DNA of 32,000 bases, taken from NCBI GenBank assembly GCA_047651235.1, contig CP178758.1, positions 1,170,001 through 1,202,000 on the forward strand, read 5' to 3'. This document shows positions 1 through 8,909 of the stretch, in pieces (position 1 is the stretch's first letter; every line of letters starts with the position of its first letter). The DNA comes from Candidatus Electrothrix yaqonensis (GTDB lineage Bacteria; Desulfobacterota; Desulfobulbia; Desulfobulbales; Desulfobulbaceae). The notes beneath the pieces were generated by a model, which ran no database searches, had not been told where the DNA came from, and was given only the letters and a program-made list of their open reading frames with translations. A program made the translations under genes and the position numbers.

Positions 1-993
1 AACAAACAGAATAAGCGCAGCCATGTCGTTCTGGCTGTGGACCAGGACCAGAGAGCACAGGCCGAGAAGAATGGTAAAGGCATACAGCACCAGCACGGCC
101 CGACGGTGGGTATATCCGAGCCGGACCAGCCGGTGGTGAATATGACGGTTGTCCGGCAGAAAAATATTCCGGCCGCTGGCAAGGCGTCGGAGCGGTGCCC
201 ACAGAGTGTCAAACAGGGGCACGCCAAGAGCAATTACCGGGATCAGCATGGCCGTGGTCATCTGGCCCTTGATGGCATCGGCAAGGCTGAGCGCGGCCAG
301 ACAGTAACCGAGAAAATAGCTGCCGCAGTCTCCCATGAAAATAGAAGCCGGATGAAAATTATAGCGCAGAAAACCGATCAGGGTGCCGACCAGGGCAGCA
401 AAGGCCAGAGCAGCATTGATCCGGCTGTCCGCTATGCAGACAAAAAGCATGGCAAGGGAAACGAACAGGCAGATGCCGGCGGCCAGCCCGTCAAGCCCGT
501 CAATCAGATTGATGGCATTGATCACCAGAACAAGCCAGAACACCGTAACAGGCAGAGCAAACAGGCCGATGGAAAAATCCGCCCCGAAAAAAGGCATGGT
601 GACAGCGGCAATCCGAAAACCGCAGAAATAGACCAGCAGAGCAACAAGAATCTGACCGGCGAGTTTGAGCAGCGGAGACAGCCCCCGGATATCATCCAGC
701 AGACCGAGGAGAAAGATTATTCCTGCGCCGGCCGCAAAGCAGGCAATGCGCTCATCGGCAAACAGATTTTGGACAGCGAGACTGTATTGCTGCAGTGGCA
801 GCAGAAGGAGGAAGGGAAAAAAGAAGCCGGAAAAAAGGGCAACTCCTCCGGCTCTGGGCAGTTGTCCTGTGTGAATTTTCCGTGCTGACGGGGCGTCAGT
901 CAGGCCGAAACGGACAGCCTGTCTGCCGACCAGCGGCGTCATAGCCAAGGTGAACAGACAGGCTGTGATCAGAACAAACAGAATGGTGGTCAT
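1..993 (-). CDS. Glycosyltransferase family 4 (WecA/MraY-like polyprenyl-phosphate HexNAc-1-phosphate transferase); C-terminus runs off the left edge
   Basis: It is absent from the ORF track because it is open at position 1. Minus-strand translation from the ATG at 993 gives MTTILFVLITACLF..., a multi-TM protein with family motifs NAINLIDGLDGLA, FMGDCGSYFLG, PLFDTLWAPLRR and HIHHRL. The listed + ORF 37..888 is its antisense shadow. Confidence 0.85.
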   Translation of the reverse strand, partial: MTTILFVLITACLFTLAMTPLVGRQAVRFGLTDAPSARKIHTGQLPRAGGVALFSGFFFPFLLLLPLQQYSLAVQNLFADERIACFAAGAGIIFLLGLLDDIRGLSPLLKLAGQILVALLVYFCGFRIAAVTMPFFGADFSIGLFALPVTVFWLVLVINAINLIDGLDGLAAGICLFVSLAMLFVCIADSRINAALAFAALVGTLIGFLRYNFHPASIFMGDCGSYFLGYCLAALSLADAIKGQMTTAMLIPVIALGVPLFDTLWAPLRRLASGRNIFLPDNRHIHHRLVRLGYTHRRAVLVLYAFTILLGLCSLVLVHSQNDMAALILFV

Positions 994-1032
994 TCAGCAT
1001 GGGGCAGAAAAGCTGGCTGGCCCTCCGACAGA

Positions 1033-2085
1033 CTAAAAGGCCACGGAAACCATTTCGCCGAACGTGATCACGCCCCGCACCATTTCCAGCGTCCTGGCAC
1101 GCTCCATCGCCTCATCAAAGTTGTCCAGAGTAAAACGATGCGAGATCAGATCAGAAACAATAATCGCCTCTTCGGTGATCAGCTGCAGACATTTTCTGAA
1201 ATCAGCCGGGGTGGAGGCATAGGTACCGGTCACTGAAATTTCCTGCCGGTGCAGCCAGCGCGGATCGATTTTTACCTCCGTATCCGGGGCAGCAGCGAAG
1301 ATATTACACACGCCGCCTCTGCCTGTCAGTTTGAGACAATCCTCGATCACATCCGGAATGCCGATGGAGATAATCACCACATCAGCTCCGCGCCCCCCGG
1401 TACGCTGCATCACCTCATCATGAAGATTATCTTGGGCGGAATTAATCAGATGATCCGCGCCCATCTGTTCAGCCATGGCCAGCCGCGTATCAACGATGTC
1501 AGCGACAATCACTTCGCATCCGGTCCATTTCGCTGTCTTCAGATGCATCAGACCCATCGACCCGCCGCCGATGATCAGGACAGTCTGGCCATCCTCCATC
1601 CTGTTTGACCGAGATGCAGCAAAGGTGCAGGAAAGCGGCTCGGCCATGACAGCGTCTTCAAAGGAAATCTCTTCGTCAAGTCGGATCAGACCGCCGATAT
1701 TGAGTATTTCCTTAGGAATCCGGACATATTCGGCAAAGGCGCCGTTCAGGCCGTGTCCAAAGCCAAGAGAATTCTCACAGAGGTTATGCCGTTTCTGGCG
1801 ACAGTATCGGCATGTTCCGCAGACCGCCATCGGATAGACTGCAACCGGATCGCCGACGGCAAAGCCCTGCACGCCCTCGCCTGTTTCGCTGATTTCTCCG
1901 GCAAGATCATAACCGAGAATCGCGGGCAGGTCATCGGTTAGGCCCTGGCCGAGCATCGTTTTTACATCTTTTCCGCAGATCCCTGCGGCCTTTGTTGCCA
2001 CAACCACTTCACCCGGCCCGGCAACAGGATCGGTATGTTCTTCTATACGGACATCATCTGGCCCGTAAACAACTGCAGCTTTCAT
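1033..2085 (-). CDS. Medium-chain (zinc-type) alcohol/polyol dehydrogenase family oxidoreductase
   Basis: 350-aa ORF with N-terminus MKAAVVYGPDDVRIEE. It has the structural-zinc lobe CGTCRYCRQKRHNLC and a Rossmann GGGSMG. The catalytic signature reads GYDLAGE where the family normally has GHE. Confidence 0.85.
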   Translation of the reverse strand: MKAAVVYGPDDVRIEEHTDPVAGPGEVVVATKAAGICGKDVKTMLGQGLTDDLPAILGYDLAGEISETGEGVQGFAVGDPVAVYPMAVCGTCRYCRQKRHNLCENSLGFGHGLNGAFAEYVRIPKEILNIGGLIRLDEEISFEDAVMAEPLSCTFAASRSNRMEDGQTVLIIGGGSMGLMHLKTAKWTGCEVIVADIVDTRLAMAEQMGADHLINSAQDNLHDEVMQRTGGRGADVVIISIGIPDVIEDCLKLTGRGGVCNIFAAAPDTEVKIDPRWLHRQEISVTGTYASTPADFRKCLQLITEEAIIVSDLISHRFTLDNFDEAMERARTLEMVRGVITFGEMVSVAF

Positions 2086-2299
2086 AATACACGATTTGGC
2101 GTTGAAGGTTCAGGAGGAAAATTTCAGACTTTCCATCTCGGTATTCCATAACAGCCATCACAGAATACTCAAAACCGACTGGAAATTCAATGGGAATTCA
2201 ACAGGACTTTTTAACAGAGGGCAACAGGGATTACGTCGGAAGGGAGAGGAACGTCCGGGCCTGCGGGTCCGGCGAATGATGAGCGGTGTATAAACGTAT

Positions 2300-2342
2300 A
2301 AAAAAAGCGCTGCAGGCCGATAGTTCGTATAGCCTGCAGCGC
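2300..2342 (-). terminator. Rho-independent terminator downstream of tRNA-His
   Basis: Perfect 11-bp stem gcgctgcaggc (2307-2317) / gcctgcagcgc (2332-2342) with a 14-nt loop. On the minus strand it is followed by a 7-T run (2300-2306). Confidence 0.75.
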
Positions 2343-2353
2343 TTCAGATATTA

Positions 2354-2431
2354 TGGGGTGAGCGATGGGACTTGAACCCACGACCTCCGAGGCCACAACC
2401 CGGTGCTACCACCAGCTGAGCTACGCTCACC
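2354..2431 (-). tRNA. tRNA-His (anticodon GUG) with encoded CCA and extra 5' G(-1)
   Basis: The reverse complement reads GGTGAGCGTAGCTCAGCTGGTGGTAGCACCGGGTTGTGGCCTCGGAGGTCGTGGGTTCAAGTCCCATCGCTCACCCCA. The anticodon loop is TTGTGGC and the T-arm is GTGGG-TTCAAGT-CCCAT. The 8-bp acceptor with G-1:C73 is typical of bacterial tRNA-His. Confidence 0.93.
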
Positions 2432-2505
2432 ACAATCAGATCAGAAAAATTATGTCACGCCTATATACCCTTTCAGGCACATTTTGGCAAGAAGAAAGTC
2501 AGGGG

Positions 2506-3159
2506 TCAGTCAAGTTCCCTGCTGCAGTGCTTGCATATTTTGGCTCTGGCCTTGATCAGTTCAGCGCAATACGGACATTCACGCAGATAATGGCTGGCCA
2601 GAATCCTGCTGATGGCCATATTTATATCCTGTTCCAGATCGGTACTGGTAAAATTATGATTACGCAGCGGCTCGATACAGGAGATATCACTGAACTCGGT
2701 GAGCAGAGAGGCAGCCCGCCTGCGGTCGTGAATATCAGCGGCATTATCCGTGAGCAGAAACATGACCGGGCTGATGTCGCCAGCCTCCACGCAGGTGTCA
2801 AGCTGCGCGACCGCTTCTTTTTCCTGCTGATACCTGACATTCTGCTGCTTCAGGGCCTCTATATCGACAATGCTACCGGTAAAGGCCGCTTTTCCGGCAA
2901 CCATCATATTGTAGCTTTCCTTGCTGCCTGGAATTTCCATATAACGGTATGATCCGGCATGACCGTATTGATTTTCAATGAACTCCCAGCCGTTGGTGAA
3001 CAGCGAGCATTCATCGTTGAGGCAGATGAACAGATATTCCGATCCCCAGCCGAGGCCGTCCCCCACATGCATGGGCGGCGCATGACAGAGGGTAAGCTCC
3101 GTGCTGCAGTGCGGACAGGTGTGTTTTTCTTCAAGATAGGCAAGTGCTCGTTCCAGCAT
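2506..3159 (-). CDS. Hypothetical zinc-ribbon protein (N-terminal CxxC/Cys-His cluster, HEAT-like middle, C-terminal CPYC...CKHC ribbon)
   Basis: 217-aa ORF with CPHCSTELTLCH near the N-terminus and CPYCAELIKARAKICKHC at the C-terminus. Its composition matches the core genes. No function is assignable from sequence. Confidence 0.6.
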   Translation of the reverse strand: MLERALAYLEEKHTCPHCSTELTLCHAPPMHVGDGLGWGSEYLFICLNDECSLFTNGWEFIENQYGHAGSYRYMEIPGSKESYNMMVAGKAAFTGSIVDIEALKQQNVRYQQEKEAVAQLDTCVEAGDISPVMFLLTDNAADIHDRRRAASLLTEFSDISCIEPLRNHNFTSTDLEQDINMAISRILASHYLRECPYCAELIKARAKICKHCSRELD

Positions 3160-3693
3160 ATGGACTCCGACAGGTAAAAAAGAGGAAATATATGAAAACA
3201 GATAAATAGCGGGTTAATTAATTTTCCTGTTTGAAAGAGATGAGAAGAGAAAGTTAGTGCCCGCTTTCCCTGCTTTCCTGATATGCAGCAGGCAGCTCGC
3301 ATTGCGCCCCGCCGGACCGCAGGGTTCCGGACTTGCGTCAGGAAAACCCTGCCCCGCTGATAAAGCGGAAAATCATCAGAGCAAGTATCCCGGCAACCAG
3401 AAAAATCAGCAAGGTATCCGGATTGAATTTCTCTTTTTTCATGGCAGTGATGTTGATCGACAGCAGAAAAAGGATATTGGCGTTTGACAACAACCTAAGC
3501 ACGAACTCTGCTGGCGTCAACCGCGATCTTTTCAAGTTCAGCAACGTAAGGGGTGTTCAGGAGGAAGAGCCTATCATTACAAAAAATAAACCCTACTATT
3601 GCCCTCACAACCTCAGATATTAAACATCCGACAAATATAAATCCCAAGAGTAACTGCCTACCCCTTCCCTGTTGAATATGTTAAAAAGGCGGT

Positions 3694-3965
3694 ATGAAAA
3701 ACCTTCAGGACGACATAAAGGCACTGAAAGCACTTGCTGAACAGCTTCCGGAAAGAATTGACCGGCTCGAAAACAAGAACGCCGAACTGCGGCGGCGTCT
3801 CGGTCTGAACAGCAGCAACAGCGATAAACCTCCCTCAAATGACGGATACCGTAAAAGACTGCCCTTCCCGGCCTTCCGAAAGCGGGAAAACGTGCGAACG
3901 GCGGTCATAAAGGGCATAAAGGAGATACGCTGAAACGGGTGGAAAAGCCTGACTGGGAAGTCTGA
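3694..3965 (+). pseudogene. IS66-family transposase (TnpC-type) N-terminal relic, frameshifted and truncated
   Basis: Frame 1 gives MKNLQDDIKALKALAEQLPERIDRLENKNAELRRRLGLNSSNSDKPPSNDGYRKR, a leucine-zipper plus SSNSxKPPSxDG motif typical of IS66 TnpC. After an indel in the A-run near 3853-3856 the homology continues in another frame as GKRANGGHKGHKGDTLKRVEKPDWEV and stops at 3963-3965. No catalytic DDE region follows. Confidence 0.7.
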
Positions 3966-3995
3966 GGCTACATCAACGGATTTGACCCACTACCA
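3957..3995 (+). repeat. 39-bp segment at the end of the IS66 relic; inverted partner at 13881-13919
   Basis: gaagtctgaggctacatcaacggatttgacccactacca matches the reverse complement of 13881-13919 at 37/39 positions by hand alignment. Weaker similarity extends about 12 bp further upstream. Confidence 0.85.
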
Positions 3996-4194
3996 GAAAA
4001 AGTATTACAGCGGAAAAAAAGGAAAACACACGCCCGGAACGGAAGATGAGACAGGCTGCCTGAAGCGGAAAACTTTGAAAAAAGGGAAAAACGCAGCACC
4101 GCCTGGGAAGAACGGGCAGTGCAGGAGGTCTATTCTCTGCTCTTTCTCCGGGCAGAGGACAGGAGAGCCGCACGGGCTCTCTGCAATATTATGC

Positions 4195-4392
4195 TCAGGA
4201 AAATCCGGATTTGGACGGACAACCGGACGGCAGACCGCCTGAACCCACGCGGAGACAACTTGACGACATCTCCTTTCTGACATCTGAACTTTGACATGCA
4301 GGGCAGCGGACCGGTTCCGCACTGCCCGACGAGGTGGTGAGCACCTCAAAACGTTTTGTACAGTCTTTACAGACATATTCGTAGATCGGCAT
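4195..4392 (-). CDS. FmdB-family putative regulatory zinc-ribbon protein
   Basis: The 65-aa ORF starts MPIYEYVCKDCTKRFEVL and continues ...VRCPACQSSDVRKEMSS. This matches the CxxC...CPxCxS..V.K pattern of the FmdB/CxxC_CxxC_SSSS family. Confidence 0.75.
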   Translation of the reverse strand: MPIYEYVCKDCTKRFEVLTTSSGSAEPVRCPACQSSDVRKEMSSSCLRVGSGGLPSGCPSKSGFS

Positions 4393-4508
4393 ACTCTTTC
4401 TCTATATCTTTTGCGTGAAGTGAACGACGGAAATACAGGTGCCCGGCAATCTGCCGGTGTTCCTGAGTGCTTTCTCGGCTCTCTTTACCATAACCATCAG
4501 ATCAGCTC

Positions 4509-5393
4509 TTGTCAGCCCGAAAAAACAAAACTGAGGAGTCGGCCAAGCAGGCGGAACCGGTCGTTGATCCGGCCTCCCTCGCCCTTGTGGCGCAGGAGAC
4601 CCGTCATCTGCTTGCCTTTCATCTGCAGCTCGGCATACGCAGCTATCCTGCTGACCCGACGTTACGGCAATTTCTTCAGCAGGCGCAGAATTTGACCGCC
4701 CGCCCGGTACCGGCACCTTCGGAGCAGCAGAGACGGCAAGTATCGGCATCTGCACCCTCTGCGCACATCGGTTCGGAAAGTGCAGCACAACAGGCTCCTA
4801 CCCGGCCAGCAAAAATCGAGAGACTCGATCATGAAGAAAAACAACGCCAGATGGAGGGCCTTGTCAGAGAACTGGCCCGCTGCCGCTCCTGCCCGTCTGG
4901 TGCGGAACATCCGGCACTGCCGGGACAGGGCAATCTGATCCCGCGCCTGCTGGTGGTCGGCGACTGGTATTCTGCTGCTGATCAACAAGGCGCGGTCTGG
5001 GGAAAGGAAGAAGACGAGATGTTGTGGAAGATGATGGCAGCAATCGGGCTGGACCGGGCTTCGGTCTATGTTACCAATGCGGTGAAATGCCCTCAGCAGG
5101 AACCGATCCGTCCTGATTCAGCAGCAACGCAGTCCTGCTTTGCCTTTCTTGAACAGGAGCTGCAGATCATCCGGCCGCAGCTTATCTGTACGATGGGCGA
5201 GATTGCCACCCGCGCCCTGCTCAGAACCAAAGCACCGGTGGCGCGCCTGCGGGGGCGCTTTCATCCCTACCGTTTTCCGGACGGCAGCAGGGCCAAAGTC
5301 ATGCCCACCTTTCATCCGCGTCTTCTGCTGCAGCACCCGGAAATGAAACGTGCTACCTGGGAGGATCTGCAGGCAATACAACGGCTGCTGTAA
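4509..5393 (+). CDS. Uracil-DNA glycosylase superfamily protein (family 4/5-like, Fe-S type) with long N-terminal extension; start uncertain (TTG in track)
   Basis: The C-terminal ~190 aa align by eye to family-4 UDGs: CRSCPSG, LLVVGD..., MMAAIGLDRASVYVTNAVKCPQQ, SCFAFLEQELQIIRPQLICTMGEIA, PTFHPRLLL. Four Cys sit at the usual [4Fe-4S] ligand positions. Confidence 0.75.
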   Translation: MSARKNKTEESAKQAEPVVDPASLALVAQETRHLLAFHLQLGIRSYPADPTLRQFLQQAQNLTARPVPAPSEQQRRQVSASAPSAHIGSESAAQQAPTRPAKIERLDHEEKQRQMEGLVRELARCRSCPSGAEHPALPGQGNLIPRLLVVGDWYSAADQQGAVWGKEEDEMLWKMMAAIGLDRASVYVTNAVKCPQQEPIRPDSAATQSCFAFLEQELQIIRPQLICTMGEIATRALLRTKAPVARLRGRFHPYRFPDGSRAKVMPTFHPRLLLQHPEMKRATWEDLQAIQRLL

Positions 5394-5516
5394 GAAGCTG
5401 TTGTAAAAACCTCGCCGGAACTGCGGCCCCTCGCGGGATATCTCTCGGCTGGTTTTTATTCAACTGGTTAATTTTAGATGGAATAATCCGATTCAGAAGC
5501 TGTTTAAAAAACATGC

Positions 5517-6527
5517 TTATACTTCTACTTTGGCACTCACAAAGGCTGTGGTAATAATTTGCAATTCCGTTGTTTCTCATATGCGAAATCAATCGAAGCT
5601 TGCCTCTTTTCATGCCGTTGACAAAGCTGTCTTATAACTTCATCTTCGTTTACATCTCGACGTGGAAAATTGACTTGAGTAATGTTGTTATATCAGCGCA
5701 ACTCAATAACGGGACACCGACTTGATGGTATAATCGTTGCTCGACCATAAACAACATGGCCATCATGACCATAGTCATATGATGATGCCAAGCCAGCCAT
5801 CCCCGAGCCTTAGCCTTAAGACAACGTTCCTTGTCATCCGTCCAGCTTTTCGGTAAATACAGCCGACAGTCGATCGGCGTTGAAAAGCGACCATATCCCA
5901 AAGTTGCAAACACTACTACTTGACAGTTGTCGGTTTTACCAAGCTGCCCGCACCATTGACGAGAAACCCCAACAGACATTTTACCCTTTTTGGGTATCCC
6001 GGATTCATCAATAAAAAGAGCGCTATCTTCCTTTCCTCCAAAAATGTTATCCGCATCTTTAGCTACGTGGTTGTTTACAGGACGCCAATCCCAGTTCGAT
6101 TCGGAAAGAAAATACTGGAGGGGCTCATATTTAACGCCCGGAACCTTTTCCTCCATACGTTCCATGTTTTTTTGTCAGACTGGAATAAACCTTTCAAGTA
6201 TTGGAATGCTTTATCTGACAAACTTACCGTATGTCTCTTAAAAAAATGATGATATCTTTCGTGAAAAGACGTAAGTTGCCGGGCGATGCCGGTCAACTCA
6301 AAGAATTTGTCATGGGGACTTCTTTTTTCGGGGCTGGGAGCGTTCATAAAAAGAATAAAGTTATAATCAGGGCGATTGACGGGTATTTTTTTGATAGCTG
6401 TTATCAGGTGCTATCTTGATCAAAAAGCGATAAAATTTTCCTAATGAAAGATACAACTTTATCCGGATATTGCAAGAAGTTTTTACAAATAGATCAAAAG
6501 GTTATGGTTGCCAAAGTAGAAGTATAA
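5517..6527 (-). mobile_element. IS701-family insertion sequence relic (~1.0 kb, internally deleted) with intact terminal inverted repeats
   Basis: Perfect 19-bp TIRs: ttatacttctactttggca (5517-5535) and tgccaaagtagaagtataa (6509-6527). They enclose the broken transposase ORFs. The segment is AT-richer than its flanks. Confidence 0.75.
5650..6347 (-). pseudogene. IS701-family DDE transposase, frameshifted and internally deleted
   Basis: ORF 6075..6347 carries the N-terminal region (FHERYHHFFKR...AFQYLKGLFQSDKK). After a frameshift near 6170, ORF 5650..6165 continues (LQYFLSESNWDW, LFIDESGIPKKGKMSVGVSRQWCGQLGKTDNCQVVVFATL, LYLPKSWTDDKERC). It then jumps straight to the C-terminal GWLAWHHHMTMVMMAMLF motif, so roughly the central third is missing. 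Confidence 0.8.
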
Positions 6528-6995
6528 ATGGTTTTCAGAATAAAAAATAGCCGCCCGCTGCTGGGACAGCGTGGACAGGTAAGGAAACAGCGTACTGTGC
6601 CCGGACAGGCCGCAGTGCCCGGCTATGAATTGAATCCCGTTTGCGGAAGAAAAAGCTGTTCTCCTGTTCGTCAGGTGCAGATCATAACCTGCGTCCTGAA
6701 TCCTGTACACTGTCAAGCAGCCGCCTTATAAAGGAACCGGTCCTCAACCGCATACTGTACTTGGATATTCTGGTGGACACGAATCGTAATAGTTCCCATA
6801 AAAATACTCTTTTCTTTTGACTGGAAAATACGTCTCAACGTCGTTAAAAAAGCAGGATACCCGTCTTCTCATCATCTTGCAAACAGTTCGGGATTTTTTC
6901 CGATTCAATTTTCTGCATCACCTTTCCTGACGGAAGGCGGCAGGGGAGATACGGGTGAAGGAGGAGAGGCGATTCTACAGGCCACGGGAAAAGGT

Positions 6996-7364
6996 ATGCC
7001 GGAAAGTGGAACCAGGACATTTTGTGGCCTGTCTGCTGCGCAGGGGCAGTACGGTTTTCAGGAGTTAGGTGAAATCTGTCCAGCTTCCACGATCATAGCG
7101 GTTGACGGCATCAATCATGGCAGGAGCGGCGGGCGGGCCTGCTGGGCTCTGACCGGAACCATGTCCGGTCCGGCGGAAAAAGTCCAGGGGACGTTTGCCC
7201 GCCTCCTGCCCGGCAGCTGCTATGACTGTGAATTTTATGAACTGGTGATGATGGAAGAAGGGGAGAATTTTGAAGGAACTGTCCGGATTGTCCAGAAACT
7301 GAAAGAGGTTATTGATGCCGTTACAACCAGTACTCCATCAAAACCCCCGTCCCGGTCGGGTTGA
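6996..7364 (+). CDS. Two-CW domain-like small Cys-rich protein (degenerate first CW motif)
   Basis: GEICPASTIIAVDGINHGRSGGRACWALTGTMSGPAEKVQGTFARLLPGSCYDCEFYELVMMEEGENF follows the recalled two-CW family pattern (CPA...DG.N.G...GR.CW...GT.C.G..QGTFA....C..C.FY..V..EEG). Confidence 0.6.
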   Translation: MPESGTRTFCGLSAAQGQYGFQELGEICPASTIIAVDGINHGRSGGRACWALTGTMSGPAEKVQGTFARLLPGSCYDCEFYELVMMEEGENFEGTVRIVQKLKEVIDAVTTSTPSKPPSRSG

Positions 7365-7414
7365 TGCACTGATGCACATATACTGCCGACCGGCATAACC
7401 CAAGAGAAACAGCA

Positions 7415-7442
7415 CCCGGCGTTTTAGCAAAAAAACGTCGGG
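7415..7442. terminator. Hairpin between convergent genes (possible bidirectional terminator)
   Basis: 11-bp stem cccggcgtttt / aaaacgtcggg (one G-T pair) with a 6-nt loop. There is no clean external T-tail on either strand. Confidence 0.4.
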
Positions 7443-7482
7443 CTGTAATGCTCTTGTATGCAATTTTGACTCATTTACAGTA

Positions 7483-8601
7483 TTATGCAAGGTCTGAATC
7501 ATCACGTTTTATTTGTGTAAGTCTTTTTTGTAGGTCATTTAAAATAAGTGATGTTACCTGTTCTGACCGGTAAGCTAATTCAGAGAATTCAGAGGTATCT
7601 CTTTTTATGGCAGCCAGCTCAGAAACATCTCTTTCTATGCCAACAATTTCGTAACTGACTTTTTTTAGTTGACTTTCAGCTGTGCCTTTATTTTTGGTAT
7701 CTGTTTTCTCTATCCTTGATTCTGGTGTTTTTGGTATTTCCAAGAGATCAGTATTGTTAGTAGCAAATATTGCACTACCAAGAACTGGCCATATTAGCAG
7801 TGCAAGCATTGCTGCAATGCGCAAAGCTGCTCTTGTGAATTCGATTATTCCAGGTAAATAATCACCTTGCGTTGACGGGGGAGGTTGTACCTCATCATTT
7901 AAAGTTATATCTATTTCTTGCATCTCTTTGGCCTTATTGTCCCACCATTCTAAATTAGGAAAAATATTCTTTGCATCCTCTAAAATTCGCAACCAGTAAA
8001 TTACTGTATTCCCGCTATTGTTTTTTGCAAAATCCAAAATATGATCACATGCTTTTTTTGAAAGAGACATATATCTGCCTGCATCCTCCTTGTTATCGTT
8101 TTTTTTATAAAACTTGTATATTGCTAATAAAATGTTTAATCTGTTCCAAGCACAAACGATATCATCAGGTGAAAGTTTAGTAGCTTCATTGGCAAACGCC
8201 TCCGCCTCCTCCGCATGGAAAATATTATTTGTATTTATAAAGAAGTCAAATGCAATACCACTAGCCATATCCCACACTTGACTACGTGGTTTTTCGTCAT
8301 CACTCAATACAAGTACGCCACCTGCAACAAGTAAAGCTTGAAATGGTTGATCTGTCTCTATTAGATATTTCATGGTGCGTACACGGGAGCCAACATAAGA
8401 AGGATCTTTTTCAGTAGCTTCTTCAAGTGATTCTATTGCTTCTTCATATCTGCCTTGCTTTGCTAAATTTGCAGATTCTTGAATTATTTTTTTTACTTCT
8501 GCCCCGCATTTTTCTAAAGGATGATCCTTTGCAAAGCTCCAAGTAAGGATTTTTTCGATAGACTTATTCAGGATAACTCCATAAACTTTATCATGATTCA
8601 T
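7483..8601 (-). CDS. Hypothetical protein: helical TPR-like N-terminal domain, one TM helix, short C-terminal tail with three I-[EK]-R-D-x-S-[ED]-[LF] repeats
   Basis: 372-aa ORF in a clearly AT-rich patch. It has a TPR-like stretch QGRYEEAIESLEEATEKDPSY and a hydrophobic span ALRIAAMLALLIWPVLGSAIFA. The tail repeats are IERDVSEL, IKRDTSEF and IKRDDSDL. I recognise no family. Confidence 0.65.
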   Translation of the reverse strand: MNHDKVYGVILNKSIEKILTWSFAKDHPLEKCGAEVKKIIQESANLAKQGRYEEAIESLEEATEKDPSYVGSRVRTMKYLIETDQPFQALLVAGGVLVLSDDEKPRSQVWDMASGIAFDFFINTNNIFHAEEAEAFANEATKLSPDDIVCAWNRLNILLAIYKFYKKNDNKEDAGRYMSLSKKACDHILDFAKNNSGNTVIYWLRILEDAKNIFPNLEWWDNKAKEMQEIDITLNDEVQPPPSTQGDYLPGIIEFTRAALRIAAMLALLIWPVLGSAIFATNNTDLLEIPKTPESRIEKTDTKNKGTAESQLKKVSYEIVGIERDVSELAAIKRDTSEFSELAYRSEQVTSLILNDLQKRLTQIKRDDSDLA

Positions 8602-8841
8602 TTGTCTTTCCTCCGTATTTTATACATTGATGGATTTGTACGCCCAATATTTAGTATCAACCGTCAACGGGGCCTACACTGCGATGATTATGATCGATAT
8701 AGCTGGAGCAACATAATTTGAATATGCCCACAAGAGGCATAAGTTTTGCCTTCACGCCTTTCAGATAGCTGATCCTGTATTCAGTTTATACTGCTCCAGC
8801 TATAACAATCGATTACATAATAATTATATTGCAACAACTTG

Positions 8842-8868
8842 CAAAAGTAAATAAGAATTATTTACTTT
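8842..8868. repeat. Perfect 12-3-12 palindrome in the AT-rich intergenic region
   Basis: aaaagtaaataa-gaa-ttatttactttt. Confidence 0.8.
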
Positions 8869-8909
8869 TATAAAAACCAATCTTATATACTCCTGTAGTT
8901 AGTTGGTAA

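Noticed and set aside
37-888. 283-aa + strand ORF (plus nested ORFs 383..631 and 665..874)
   Set aside because: It is the antisense shadow of the minus-strand WecA/MraY-like gene. Its translation is low-complexity and charged, while the opposite frame shows textbook GT4 motifs.
3338-3544. Possible small membrane peptide (MKKEKFNPDTLLIFLVAGILALMIFRFISGAGFS from the internal ATG at 3442)
   Set aside because: It is hydrophobic and plausible, but has no Shine-Dalgarno and no family resemblance, so it is too weak to call.
3982-4376. ORFs in the purine-rich stretch after the IS66 relic (3982..4242 +, 4005..4376 -, 3973..4173 -)
   Set aside because: The translations are low-complexity and Lys/Gly/Arg-rich with no RBS or motifs. 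The region is more likely non-coding junk between the IS relic and the fmdB-like gene.
5353-5613. 86-aa minus-strand ORF
   Set aside because: It spans the UDG 3' end, the intergenic DNA and the IS701 left terminal repeat. It is an artefact of AT-rich sequence.
6483-6731. Overlapping ORFs on both strands in a GC-richer patch beside the IS relic
   Set aside because: This could be a fragment of a gene disrupted by the IS. Neither frame shows a recognisable motif, so I cannot choose a strand.
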